42,596 bases of DNA from Chloroflexota bacterium (GCA_005880075.1 VBJT01000001.1:4379-46974), one strand, 5' to 3'. Shown: positions 15,476 through 24,013, counted from the stretch's first letter. Translations and numbers: made by a program. Notes: generated by a model from the sequence alone, not told the origin.

Positions 15476-17260
15476 CTAAGGCGGTGCGAGTAGCATGAAG
15501 GCTGCACAGACGCGGTCGGTCGGGTCAACAAAGAGGTCCACCTCCCGGGCGAGCCTCCATTCGCCGTTTTGCTCGAACACCAGTAGGCGCTTCTCATCGA
15601 TCAACGCGGCTCGCCGGGCGTCGGCCTCCTGCGCCGCCCACAGCAACACTCCAAGCTCCCTGTTCGGCCCCTCACGACGCGTGTCGTCCCAGTCACCGCG
15701 GTTGATCCGGTCGAGGAACGTATCTAGGTCGACCGCGAAGCGCCGCCACTTGTGCTTCGCTTCGATGTGGAATACTTGCACGCCGCGAGCGGATAGCACG
15801 TAGTCGCGCTTGGTCTGCGCGGAAGGCAAGTCCCACAAACTCGCCATGTGCTGCGAAACCGGCAGCCATACTTGCGTGTTCGTGGAGTCAAGCCGCCAGC
15901 CGAGCGCTGTCAGGCAGAACTCCACTAGCCGGTTCTGTACATCCTCTTTGTTGATGAAGACGGCCCGGGAGAGCCGTTCCAGTACGCGCTGGACAGCCTC
16001 CGGCGCGTCATCCCGGCTGCGAGCCTCAGCGCTTGCCCTCGCCAGCCGGCCAACCTTGCTTATCGCCGTTGCTACGTCACCCATATCATCGAGCGTCACC
16101 GTCGGATGGACGAGCAGCGTGAACAGCTCCCCACTAAGCTTCTCGGCGATCGGGCACGGTTGCTTGCCGTACCCCGCATCTCGGAACACCGGTTGCCGGG
16201 TTAGCGGAGTTGGGTACCGGCGAGAGACCGGAATGCCCTCAGCCGCTACGGCGTTCACAAACCAATCGACACCTATTCCGGTCTCAGGCTTCAGCCGGCA
16301 GATGTACTTGTAATAGCTGTGGACACATTCATCGGCTACGAAAGGAGGATCAACCGACACGCTCTCCGCCAGATGCTCCGTCAGGAAGGCTGCATTCCGC
16401 CTGCGCGCCTCGAGATATTCTTCCAGCCTCCCCAGTTGCGCCAACCCGGTCGCCGCCTGCAACGACGACATGCGATAGTTATACCCCAACTCGGCGTGAT
16501 AGTAGCTGCGCTCACCCTCAATCGGCTGTTCCCCGTGATGACGGATGCGCCGCATCCGCTCCGCTAATTCGTCGTCGTTCGTGATCACACAGCCGCCCTC
16601 GCCGCCGCTAGTGATGATCTTGTCCTCCCAGAAGCTGAAGCACCCGGCTCGGCCGATCGTCCCCACTTTCCCGTCCTTGTACAGCGCTCCGTGCGCCTGC
16701 GCGGCATCCTCGATGACCGCGATACCTTGTGGCTTGGCCAACGCAAGGAGCGCGTCGAGATCTGCCGGGTGACCGTTCAGGTGCACCGCGATGATCGCCT
16801 TCGTCCGCTCCGTAATCCGCTCAGCCACGCTGTGAGGCGATATACAGAACGTCCTCGCGTCTACGTCGGCAAACACCGGCCTCGCGCGCTGGTGCAGCAC
16901 CGGCGTGGCCGATGCGATGAATGTGTGCGCCGGCACGATCACTTCATCGCCCGGCCCCACGCCGAGAGCGACGAGCACCGCATGGATGGCGGTCGTACCG
17001 GAACTCGTCGCCGCACAATGGTCGACGCCGTGCCAGCCCGCGAACGCCGCCTCAAAAGCCGCGACGTGGTCGCCCGTCAGCTGCGTGAGTTTGCCGGAGC
17101 GAAGGACTTCAGTGACTGCAGCCACCTCTTCGTCTCCAAGAACCGGCCACGGCGGGTACGGGCGCTCCCGCACCTTGGGCCCGCCGTTGATCGCCAGTTC
17201 TTCGCCGCCCACGCCCGAATTATCGCACGGCAATCGCCTTCCTTCTTTGTTCGCCCTCAA
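15476..17260 (-). CDS. DegT/DnrJ/EryC1/StrS-family PLP aminotransferase fused to a C-terminal PD-(D/E)xK nuclease-like (HsdR-N-like) domain
   Basis: The first 405 aa or so carry AIHAVLVALGVGPGDEVIVPAHTF and the PLP-lysine context EDKIITSGGEGG. The last 185 aa or so carry RLVEFCLTALGW and DYVLSARGVQVFHIEAK, a D...E-x-K core. The annotated start is a TTG, and an internal TTG at 17233 behind AGAAGGAAGG is also possible. Confidence 0.8.
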   Translation of the reverse strand: MRANKEGRRLPCDNSGVGGEELAINGGPKVRERPYPPWPVLGDEEVAAVTEVLRSGKLTQLTGDHVAAFEAAFAGWHGVDHCAATSSGTTAIHAVLVALGVGPGDEVIVPAHTFIASATPVLHQRARPVFADVDARTFCISPHSVAERITERTKAIIAVHLNGHPADLDALLALAKPQGIAVIEDAAQAHGALYKDGKVGTIGRAGCFSFWEDKIITSGGEGGCVITNDDELAERMRRIRHHGEQPIEGERSYYHAELGYNYRMSSLQAATGLAQLGRLEEYLEARRRNAAFLTEHLAESVSVDPPFVADECVHSYYKYICRLKPETGIGVDWFVNAVAAEGIPVSRRYPTPLTRQPVFRDAGYGKQPCPIAEKLSGELFTLLVHPTVTLDDMGDVATAISKVGRLARASAEARSRDDAPEAVQRVLERLSRAVFINKEDVQNRLVEFCLTALGWRLDSTNTQVWLPVSQHMASLWDLPSAQTKRDYVLSARGVQVFHIEAKHKWRRFAVDLDTFLDRINRGDWDDTRREGPNRELGVLLWAAQEADARRAALIDEKRLLVFEQNGEWRLAREVDLFVDPTDRVCAAFMLLAPP

Positions 17261-17263
17261 GAT

Positions 17264-18694
17264 ATGATGCGACCGGTAATGAGCGACGGGCCGGTACGCA
17301 AGGAGAAGGACTCGATGGGGGAAATGGACGTCCCGGCAGACGCCTACTATGGAGCCTCAACTCAGCGCGCCGTCCTCAATTTCCCTATAAGCAGCCTTCG
17401 CCTGGGCCGGCCGTTCATTCGCGCCCTCGGCCTCATCAAACTCGCGGCCGCCCGCGTCAACGCTGACCTTGGCCTGTTAGAACCACGCATCGCCGATGCG
17501 ATTGCGACTGCGGCGAAAGAGGTCGCAGATAGCAAGCTCGACAAGCACTTCGTGGTCGACGTCTTTCAGACCGGGTCCGGCACGTCGACGAACATGAACG
17601 CCAACGAGGTCATCGCGAACCGGGCGAGCGAAATCATGGGCGGTGAGCGCGGCTCCAAGACCATCCATGCAAACGATCACGTCAACCTGGGTCAGTCCTC
17701 GAATGATGTAATCCCGACCGCCATCCACATCTCGGCGCTGCTCGAGATAGAGGAACGCCTCATCCCCGCTCTGCAGCGGCTCCAAATCGCTCTTGAATCG
17801 AAGTCAAAGGAGTTCTGGGATGTCGTTAAGACCGGCCGCACTCACCTTCAAGACGCAACGCCGATCCGTCTCGGCCAGGAGTTCCTCGGTTATGGGGGCC
17901 AGATCGAGCGCGGGATCAAACGCCTCCGTCGCGCCCAAGAAGAGCTATCGGAAGTCGCGCTGGGTGGCACCGCCGTCGGCACTGGCATCAACACGCACCC
18001 GGAGTTCGCTTCGCGCGTCTGCACCGTGCTGGCGCAGGAACTGGGGGTGGCCATTCGTGAGAGCGATAATCACTTTCAGGCGCAGAGCACTCTGGACGCC
18101 GTTCTCGAGGCGAGCGGTTCCCTGCGTACCGTCGGCGTCAGCCTTCAAAAGATCGCGAACGACGTCCGCTGGCTAGGCTCGGGCCCGCGCGCCGGCCTCG
18201 GCGAGTTGGCGCTGCCGGAGGTGCAGCCTGGCAGCTCGATCATGCCCGGCAAAGTCAATCCGGTCATCGCCGAATCGCTGATCCAGGTGAGCGCGCAGGT
18301 GATAGGCTGCGACGCCGCAATCGCTCAGGCAGCGCAGGGCAGCTATTTTGAGCTCAACCTGATGCTGCCAGTGGCGACATACAATCTGCTCGAGGCGATC
18401 GAACTCCTGGCTTCCGCGAGCCAGAACTTCACTGAGCGCTGCGTTGAGGGCCTAGGCGCCACGCCTCGCGGCCCGGAGATAGTCGAGCGCGGACTGATGC
18501 TCGCTACTGGCTTGGTGCCGGCCATTGGCTACGACGCCGCGGCTGACGTCGCCAAGGAAGCGGCGAGGACTGGGCGCACCATCCGCGAGGTCGCGCGCGA
18601 AAAGACAGACTTGTCCGAGGACCAACTCAACCAACTGCTCGACGCCGCGAAAATGACGGCGCCCCGCCTCGACCCGGGACCCCTCTCGGGCTAG
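17264..18694 (+). CDS. fumC: Class II fumarate hydratase
   Basis: KEKDSMGEMDVPADAYYGASTQRA N-terminus, FQTGSGTSTNMNANEV, and the GSSIMPGKVNP signature. The long 5' extension of the track ORF is a shadow of the divergent gene. The start could be the ATG at 17264, 17267 or 17279. Confidence 0.9.
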   Translation: MMRPVMSDGPVRKEKDSMGEMDVPADAYYGASTQRAVLNFPISSLRLGRPFIRALGLIKLAAARVNADLGLLEPRIADAIATAAKEVADSKLDKHFVVDVFQTGSGTSTNMNANEVIANRASEIMGGERGSKTIHANDHVNLGQSSNDVIPTAIHISALLEIEERLIPALQRLQIALESKSKEFWDVVKTGRTHLQDATPIRLGQEFLGYGGQIERGIKRLRRAQEELSEVALGGTAVGTGINTHPEFASRVCTVLAQELGVAIRESDNHFQAQSTLDAVLEASGSLRTVGVSLQKIANDVRWLGSGPRAGLGELALPEVQPGSSIMPGKVNPVIAESLIQVSAQVIGCDAAIAQAAQGSYFELNLMLPVATYNLLEAIELLASASQNFTERCVEGLGATPRGPEIVERGLMLATGLVPAIGYDAAADVAKEAARTGRTIREVAREKTDLSEDQLNQLLDAAKMTAPRLDPGPLSG

Positions 18695-19632
18695 CGCGCC
18701 CGCGGGTCGAGAGCGTCCCTTAGCCCGTCGCCGAGGAACGTGAAGCAGAGCATTAATAGCGCCAGGGTGCAGGCCGGGAACAGAACAAGGTAGATGTTTG
18801 ACCGGATGTATGCGTAGCCATCATAGATGAGCCGTCCAAGGCTCGCCGTAGGCGGCGGGAGCCCAATTCCTATGTAAGCGAGGACCGCTTCTGCGAAGAT
18901 CGCCAGCGGGATGCCGAAGACGATAGCGACAATCACAGGACCAAGCGTATTAGGAAGCATGTGCTTGAAGACGATTTGGAACGAGGAAGCGCCCATGGAT
19001 CGCGCGGCAATGACGAAGTCGCGCTCCTTGAGCGAAAGCATCTGACCGCGCACGAGGCGGGCTACTGTCACCCAGGCAACGAATGAGATTGCGAAGATCA
19101 CGAGCAGACGCTGGGATGTGTCGTGCCCCACGAGAGGCAGGTCGCGATCCACGAAGGCGGCCCTGAGCAGAATGATCGCGAGAAGGTCGGGGAAAGCGTA
19201 GAAGAGATCGGTCATACGCATCATGATGTTGTCGAGCGTCCGCCCGCCCAGCGCGGCCGTGCCACCCACGAAAAGTCCAATCGCCAGCACTATGACCTGT
19301 ACGCCCAGTCCAACTTGAAGCGAGATGAGCGTACCTTCCAGGACGCGCGCCCATGTATCTCGCCCCAGATTGTCTGTGCCAAAGAAATTATGACTTGAAG
19401 GACCCTCCTGAATGTGCGTGTAGTCCTGGGCCGAGGGGCTGTAACGCTGAACGCCGCCGACGGTGTTTCCGAGAATCGAAACGATTAGCAAAACCGCCAG
19501 GACTATTAGCGCCATCATCGCCAAGCGATTCTTTATCAGCCGCCGGAAGGCATCGCTCCAGAGGCCTCGCTCCCGCCTCCTGAGCTCCCCCCCGACGAGC
19601 CATTCGCGTTCGACGGCTTCTTGCGCTTGCAA
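18691..19632 (-). CDS. Peptide/nickel-type ABC importer permease (DppC/OppC-like)
   Basis: Six-helix pattern with a permease EAA-loop region FVIAARSMGASSFQIVFKHMLPN. Confidence 0.9.
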   Translation of the reverse strand: MQAQEAVEREWLVGGELRRRERGLWSDAFRRLIKNRLAMMALIVLAVLLIVSILGNTVGGVQRYSPSAQDYTHIQEGPSSHNFFGTDNLGRDTWARVLEGTLISLQVGLGVQVIVLAIGLFVGGTAALGGRTLDNIMMRMTDLFYAFPDLLAIILLRAAFVDRDLPLVGHDTSQRLLVIFAISFVAWVTVARLVRGQMLSLKERDFVIAARSMGASSFQIVFKHMLPNTLGPVIVAIVFGIPLAIFAEAVLAYIGIGLPPPTASLGRLIYDGYAYIRSNIYLVLFPACTLALLMLCFTFLGDGLRDALDPRAR

Positions 19633-19644
19633 CCTAGGACGACC

Positions 19645-20565
19645 TCACTGGTAACGGATCCGCGGGTCCACGACTGCGTACAACAGGTCGACAATCAAAT
19701 TGGCGATCGCAATAACGGCGGCATAGAAGAGGGTTGTCCCCATGATCAGCCCATAATCCCGTTCAGAGACAGCCGCGACAAACCGCCGGCCAACACCATT
19801 GATCTGAAATATCGTCTCCGTGATAAAGGAGCCGGTAACAAGGAAGGCGAAGATCGGCCCAATCACCGTGAGCACGGGGACCATTGCGTTCTTGATCGTG
19901 TGCCGGATAACCACGATCCATTCGGCGAGGCCCTTGGCTCGCGCCGTGCGGATGTAATCCTGGTTCAAGACCTCGAGCAGGCTCGCTCGTGTAATACGGG
20001 CGATGTAGGCGGCCGGAAGCACCCCTAGGGTCAAAACTGGAAGCACCATCTTATGGTAATTTCCGAACTCCCAACCGAGCACATCAAACCACCCTAGTTT
20101 TACTGAGAAGACGATCACGAGGAAACTGCCGATAACGAAGCTGGGCATCGCCGTGCCGGCGGTCGCGAAGAATACGCCTAGGTAGTCTGGAAGTTTGTTG
20201 TGGTTTAACGCTGAGATCGTGCCCAGAGACATCCCCAAGAAGACGGCAAAGATGAAGGTGACAACGCCTAACTGAGCCGTCGTCTTCCACCCGTCTTTGA
20301 TCAGATCAAGCACTGGCTGCTGACTACGAAACGACACGCCGAGATCGCCGTGTGCGAGGTCCCAGAAGAAGAGGCCATATTGCTCGTAAAAGGTTTTGTC
20401 AAGGTTGTACTTTGCGTTTAAGTTGGCGACTACGGCCGGCGGAAGCTGTTTCTCCTGATCGAACGGCCCCCCCGGCACGATGTGCATGAGGATGAAGGTA
20501 ATCGTGGCCACCGCCCACAAGACGGGAATCATCCACAGGACTCGGCGTATCACGTAGCCGGTCAT
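19645..20565 (-). CDS. Peptide/nickel-type ABC importer permease (DppB/OppB-like)
   Basis: MTGYVIRRVLWMIPVL N-terminus typical of DppB/OppB. EAA-loop region IRTARAKGLAEWIVVIRHTIKNA. Confidence 0.9.
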   Translation of the reverse strand: MTGYVIRRVLWMIPVLWAVATITFILMHIVPGGPFDQEKQLPPAVVANLNAKYNLDKTFYEQYGLFFWDLAHGDLGVSFRSQQPVLDLIKDGWKTTAQLGVVTFIFAVFLGMSLGTISALNHNKLPDYLGVFFATAGTAMPSFVIGSFLVIVFSVKLGWFDVLGWEFGNYHKMVLPVLTLGVLPAAYIARITRASLLEVLNQDYIRTARAKGLAEWIVVIRHTIKNAMVPVLTVIGPIFAFLVTGSFITETIFQINGVGRRFVAAVSERDYGLIMGTTLFYAAVIAIANLIVDLLYAVVDPRIRYQ

Positions 20566-20591
20566 GGTAGTCGCATTATCGTGCTAACCAG

Positions 20592-20628
20592 CGGAAAAAG
20601 AAATACGGGAGCCCCCATCGGGCTCCCG
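20592..20628 (-). terminator. Stem-loop plus T-tract after the binding-protein gene (intra-operon attenuator or terminator)
   Basis: Minus strand reads CGGGAGCCC-GATGG-GGGCTCCCG (9-bp stem), followed by TATTTCTTTTTCC. Confidence 0.6.
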
Positions 20629-20654
20629 TATCCCTTCACGACTGCAGTCTCTCT

Positions 20655-22394
20655 CTACTTCGAGCGCCCCCAAGCCTCTGCTATCCAGTCGCCTGGGAGT
20701 CTTGTGTCCTGCGCGGTCGAGTTCTCCTTCATGCCTACGACATAGGGCTTAAGAATGTTGTTATTAGCCTCATGATAAGTAGGTGCGTAGCCGCACAGTC
20801 TCGTCGTGACGAGTTCGTTTATTTTCTTGTATTGATCCCGGCGCTCCGAGTCGTTCGTGTTGGTCTGGGCCTTGTCCGCAAGCGCGTCCACCTCGGGATC
20901 GCTGCACGCCGAGGTGTTGTTGCTGCCGCCAGTGGTGAACAGCCCGGCCGCATGTCCCATCCAGTCTTCGGGATCGGGGTAGTCCTGGATCCATCCGCTT
21001 CTCGGCGCCAATTCATAGTCGTGGCCGTTCAGGCGCTTCGAACGCGTTGGAGAGTCGGCCTGCTGGATCTCGGTTTCAATACCGAGCGTCGTCTTCCAGA
21101 CATTCTGCAAGAACTCCGCCTGAGCCTTCCCCTCGGGGGTATCCCGCACGAGCACGGTGAGTTTCGGGAAATCCTTCCCGAACTTCTCTCGGGCCTTTGC
21201 CAGGTTTTCCTTTGCCTTGTCCGGGTTGTAGCCGATCTGCTCTTGGAACGCATCCGGCGCGGCGCCGCCCACGCCCTCCGGCTGGAAGGTCGTCGTCGGA
21301 ACGTATGCTCCGCCGCAGCAGACTTTGATCATCTGATCACGGTCTATCGCCTGCGAAAGCGCCAGCCTGAACTCGAATATATCCAGCGGCGGGTGCTTCA
21401 GCTCCATCTCAACCGCCCTGGTTCCCGGGAGGATCGCCTGGAAGAATTCGTTGCCGAACTCAGACTTGACAGCATCCAGGTTGGCGATGTCCGCCGCGAC
21501 GACATCTAGCTCGCCGTTGCGGTAAGCGTTGTTAGAGACATCGTCCTTCTCGATGAAACGGATCACGATCTTGTCCAGCGTTGGCTTGATCCCATTCGGT
21601 GCCGACCAGTTGGGGTTCGGGACCAGGACTGCGCTGTCCTGCGGCTTGTAGTCCTGGATCATGTACGGCCCGTTGTATGCAAGGCTTGTGCTGGGCGGTG
21701 CCGGCCACTTCGCGCCCGGGTCCGGTAGCAGATGGGAGGGCACCGGGAAGTAGGTCCACATCGAAAGGAGCAGCTTGAAGGTCGGCTGGGCGGTCTTCAG
21801 CGTGAACTCGACCGTGTTGCCCGTAGCCTTCGCTTCCACTGCATTCTTCAGCGCCTCAAGTTCTTCAGGCGTCGGAGTCTTCGGAGCGTCCTTCGTCCCC
21901 TTTGCACCAAAGTACTCATCACAGCCCACAATGTTCGTGACGAACGACTGGTAGTTACTGGCAATATCAGGATTGCAAGCCCGCAAAACCGCGAGCTCGA
22001 AGTCCTTTGCCGTAAGCGGCTGTCCGTCTGACCACTTCAGGCCTTCCTTGACCTTGACTGTGTAAGTCAAGCCATCAGAGGACACCGTAGGCTCGCCGTC
22101 AGCCATTGCGGGCTGGGGCTTGTTGTCCTTATCCAACGTGTACAGACCGCGCCACAACATGCGCTCGAGGGATATGTCCTGGACAAAGTTCGAAAAATGA
22201 GGGTCTGTGGACTGGGGTTCGAGGTTCTGCACAGTAAGTGTGCCACCCTGGATTCGCTCACCCGCCCCACCTCCGCCGGGTGACGTCGTGCCCCCAGTTT
22301 TGTTCTCGTCACTGCTGCCGCAAGCAGCGAACGCCAGTATCGTCCCGATCGCCACGAGGGATAAGAGATAACCGCGCTGCTTAAGGAAACTCAT
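20655..22394 (-). CDS. ABC importer substrate-binding lipoprotein, family 5 (peptide/nickel)
   Basis: Lipobox LAFAACGSS and family-5 SBP length and pattern. The start is moved to the ATG at 22394 (MSFLKQRG...), which follows AAGGAG with an 8-nt spacer. Confidence 0.9.
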   Translation of the reverse strand: MSFLKQRGYLLSLVAIGTILAFAACGSSDENKTGGTTSPGGGGAGERIQGGTLTVQNLEPQSTDPHFSNFVQDISLERMLWRGLYTLDKDNKPQPAMADGEPTVSSDGLTYTVKVKEGLKWSDGQPLTAKDFELAVLRACNPDIASNYQSFVTNIVGCDEYFGAKGTKDAPKTPTPEELEALKNAVEAKATGNTVEFTLKTAQPTFKLLLSMWTYFPVPSHLLPDPGAKWPAPPSTSLAYNGPYMIQDYKPQDSAVLVPNPNWSAPNGIKPTLDKIVIRFIEKDDVSNNAYRNGELDVVAADIANLDAVKSEFGNEFFQAILPGTRAVEMELKHPPLDIFEFRLALSQAIDRDQMIKVCCGGAYVPTTTFQPEGVGGAAPDAFQEQIGYNPDKAKENLAKAREKFGKDFPKLTVLVRDTPEGKAQAEFLQNVWKTTLGIETEIQQADSPTRSKRLNGHDYELAPRSGWIQDYPDPEDWMGHAAGLFTTGGSNNTSACSDPEVDALADKAQTNTNDSERRDQYKKINELVTTRLCGYAPTYHEANNNILKPYVVGMKENSTAQDTRLPGDWIAEAWGRSK

Positions 22395-22448
22395 GTCGCT
22401 GTCTCCTTTCGACCTAACCCCTTCGCGCACCCGCCTATAGCACTCTCA

Positions 22449-22477
22449 AATATATTCCTTCAAATTATTCGATTCAA
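22449..22477 (-). promoter_or_regulatory. Sigma-70-like promoter for the peptide ABC operon
   Basis: Minus strand reads TTGAAT (22472-22477), a 17-nt spacer, then TATATT (22449-22454), in an AT-rich intergenic region. Confidence 0.4.
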
Positions 22478-22608
22478 CGCCTGGCTCGCGCAACAGCGAA
22501 AATTATGCTGTTCGGCCGGACGCTACAAATGAGACGCTTGACTGTGCCGAAACGTTTCCCGACATATAAACGTACGTCGCGCCCGAAAGGTATACGTTCG
22601 ATGACGGT

Positions 22609-23160
22609 CTAGAGGTTCGCGCGGGAAGGCTTCGCCGGCGCTCGCCGCGAACGCTGCACCCGCGGCAGGAACAAGTCGCCCAGCGTGACGACCAGCCCGG
22701 TCCCGATTACCAGGTCGCCGATGCTCAGGATCGGAACATAGACCGGGTTGTCGAATACCAGCCGGTCGGAGAGCACGTAGAACTTGGCGTCATCCTTGTT
22801 CTTCAAGACGTTCTTCGTCCGCGGTATAGCATCGCCTTCGGCACGACCGTCGATCCGGTGGAGCTGGTCTATTTTCGCGAGGCTCACGGCGGTGACCGGC
22901 ATCAACCCGCCGTTCGCTACGATCGGCAGAAAATTCAAAAGCAACCCGACGCCAATGATCAGAAAGCCGGGACGAGGGAGATTGACGATCGCGAAGAAGA
23001 TAAGAACCACGTACGACATTTCGAACAACAACCGCTTTGGCACATCGTCGAATCCAAGGGGGGCGAATATGGCGATGACTTGCATTGCCAAAGCAAAAAG
23101 CGCCAGCACTCCCGCCCTGATATGCACCCTGGGGAAGTGCAGGCGCAGTTCGCGCTTCAC
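22609..23160 (-). CDS. DUF5317-like integral membrane protein
   Basis: LLLNFLPIVANGGLMPV and C-terminal ILSIGDLVIGTGL resemble the DUF5317 pattern as I recall it. Four to five hydrophobic helices. GTG start. Confidence 0.55.
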   Translation of the reverse strand: MKRELRLHFPRVHIRAGVLALFALAMQVIAIFAPLGFDDVPKRLLFEMSYVVLIFFAIVNLPRPGFLIIGVGLLLNFLPIVANGGLMPVTAVSLAKIDQLHRIDGRAEGDAIPRTKNVLKNKDDAKFYVLSDRLVFDNPVYVPILSIGDLVIGTGLVVTLGDLFLPRVQRSRRAPAKPSRANL

Positions 23161-23231
23161 AGGCTCCCCACGAACTCAGGCAGCGCGCGCGGAACCAGTG
23201 GGCTCTTCGTTTGCTTCGTTAGGCGATGCCT

Positions 23232-23306
23232 CTACGGCATGAAGCCGGCGACTGCAGAAGCCACAACCGCGCAAACGATGAGAAGTGAGGCTAACCGTGC
23301 GACCAT
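23232..23306 (-). CDS. Candidate 24-codon small ORF encoding a hydrophobic peptide
   Basis: My translation is MVARLASLLIVCAVVASAVAGFMP. The ATG is preceded by AAGGGGGG about 7 nt upstream. It lies just downstream of the promoter at 23353-23381 and upstream of the DUF5317-like gene. Confidence 0.35.
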   Translation of the reverse strand: MVARLASLLIVCAVVASAVAGFMP

Positions 23307-23352
23307 CCCGAAACCCCCCTTCTGAGGCGATTACCTCATATATGGTGGTTTC

Positions 23353-23381
23353 ATTAGATGGCCAATATATTGGCCTGTCAA
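23353..23381 (-). promoter_or_regulatory. Near-consensus sigma-70 promoter whose spacer is almost entirely a 16-bp perfect palindrome (candidate operator)
   Basis: Minus strand reads TTGACA (23376-23381), a 17-nt spacer containing GGCCAATATATTGGCC (23360-23375), then TCTAAT (23353-23358). Confidence 0.5.
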
Positions 23382-23492
23382 TGCTCTACTAGACAGATTC
23401 CGGAAAAGATTGCAAACTTCTTACAGTTTGGCGGGTTATCGTCAACAAACCAAGGGCGAATGGCCGGCGAAGCCGTCAGGGCCGGACCCGGT

Positions 23493-23777
23493 TCACCCGC
23501 ACCACGTCGCGACTAACGACGTAGCACCGGGTTCCTGTGAGATGTAGCGCATCAGGTGCAAGTCGGCTGTCGCGCAGCCGCCCAGGAGGACGTCGTGGCT
23601 AATGACGAACTGCCCGCCACCGTCCAGGGAAGGCTCTTCGCAGCCCGTCCCCTGGACGGAGCAGGCAGCAACGACCGGGGTAATTGATTCGGTTGAGGGT
23701 ATGTCTAAACGGATGGCTCCTGCCGCTGCGACCGCCAGAATTGATCCCGCAGCGACGACGAGCGCACGTGCTCGCAT
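23493..23777 (-). CDS. Small secreted protein with four cysteines (94 aa from the ATG at 23777)
   Basis: MRARALVVAAGSILAVAAAGA signal peptide, then a mature part of about 70 aa with 4 Cys. The track ORF (to 23819) would overlap the upstream small gene, so the internal ATG 7 nt after that gene's stop is preferred. Confidence 0.5.
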   Translation of the reverse strand: MRARALVVAAGSILAVAAAGAIRLDIPSTESITPVVAACSVQGTGCEEPSLDGGGQFVISHDVLLGGCATADLHLMRYISQEPGATSLVATWCG

Positions 23778-23784
23778 ACGCCGG

Positions 23785-23880
23785 CTAGAAGAGCGGGCTC
23801 TGGGCGGCGACGGCTGCAAGCGTCAAAGCGAGCAGAGTGACAATCCAGTTGAGCTTTGCCGTCTTGGTGATCAGGTCCAT
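23785..23880 (-). CDS. 31-codon prepeptide gene, copy 1
   Basis: My translation is MDLITKTAKLNWIVTLLALTLAAVAAQSPLF. GAGGAG SD lies 7 nt upstream of the ATG. It is a paralog of 24014-24109, and many of the differences between the copies are synonymous. Confidence 0.55.
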   Translation of the reverse strand: MDLITKTAKLNWIVTLLALTLAAVAAQSPLF

Positions 23881-23920
23881 CGTTCGTTCTCCTCGGATCT
23901 CGGTTCTCTCGTCTGTCGCT

Positions 23921-23964
23921 AGTTTCTCAGGTGGTTCTCGCCAAAATCTCGCCGGAAACTCGCC
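23921..23964 (-). promoter_or_regulatory. Three GGCGAG direct repeats at 11-bp phasing plus a conserved TGAGAAACT (candidate activator-dependent promoter of copy 1)
   Basis: Minus-strand GGCGAG at 23959-23964, 23948-23953 and 23937-23942. TGAGAAACT (23921-23929) lies 7 nt downstream of the proximal repeat. Confidence 0.45.
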
Positions 23965-24013
23965 ATAGCGGTCCGGACGAGAAATGGTGCTTAGTTTGCC
24001 GTCTACTTCTGCC

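Noticed and set aside
16691-17263. Long N-terminal extension of the fumC ORF (the track ORF starts at 16691)
   Set aside because: The extension is antisense to the DegT-fusion gene, is Arg-rich and is not fumarase-like. The fumarase homology begins at ...KEKDSMGEMDVPADAYYG, just after the ATGs at 17264-17279.
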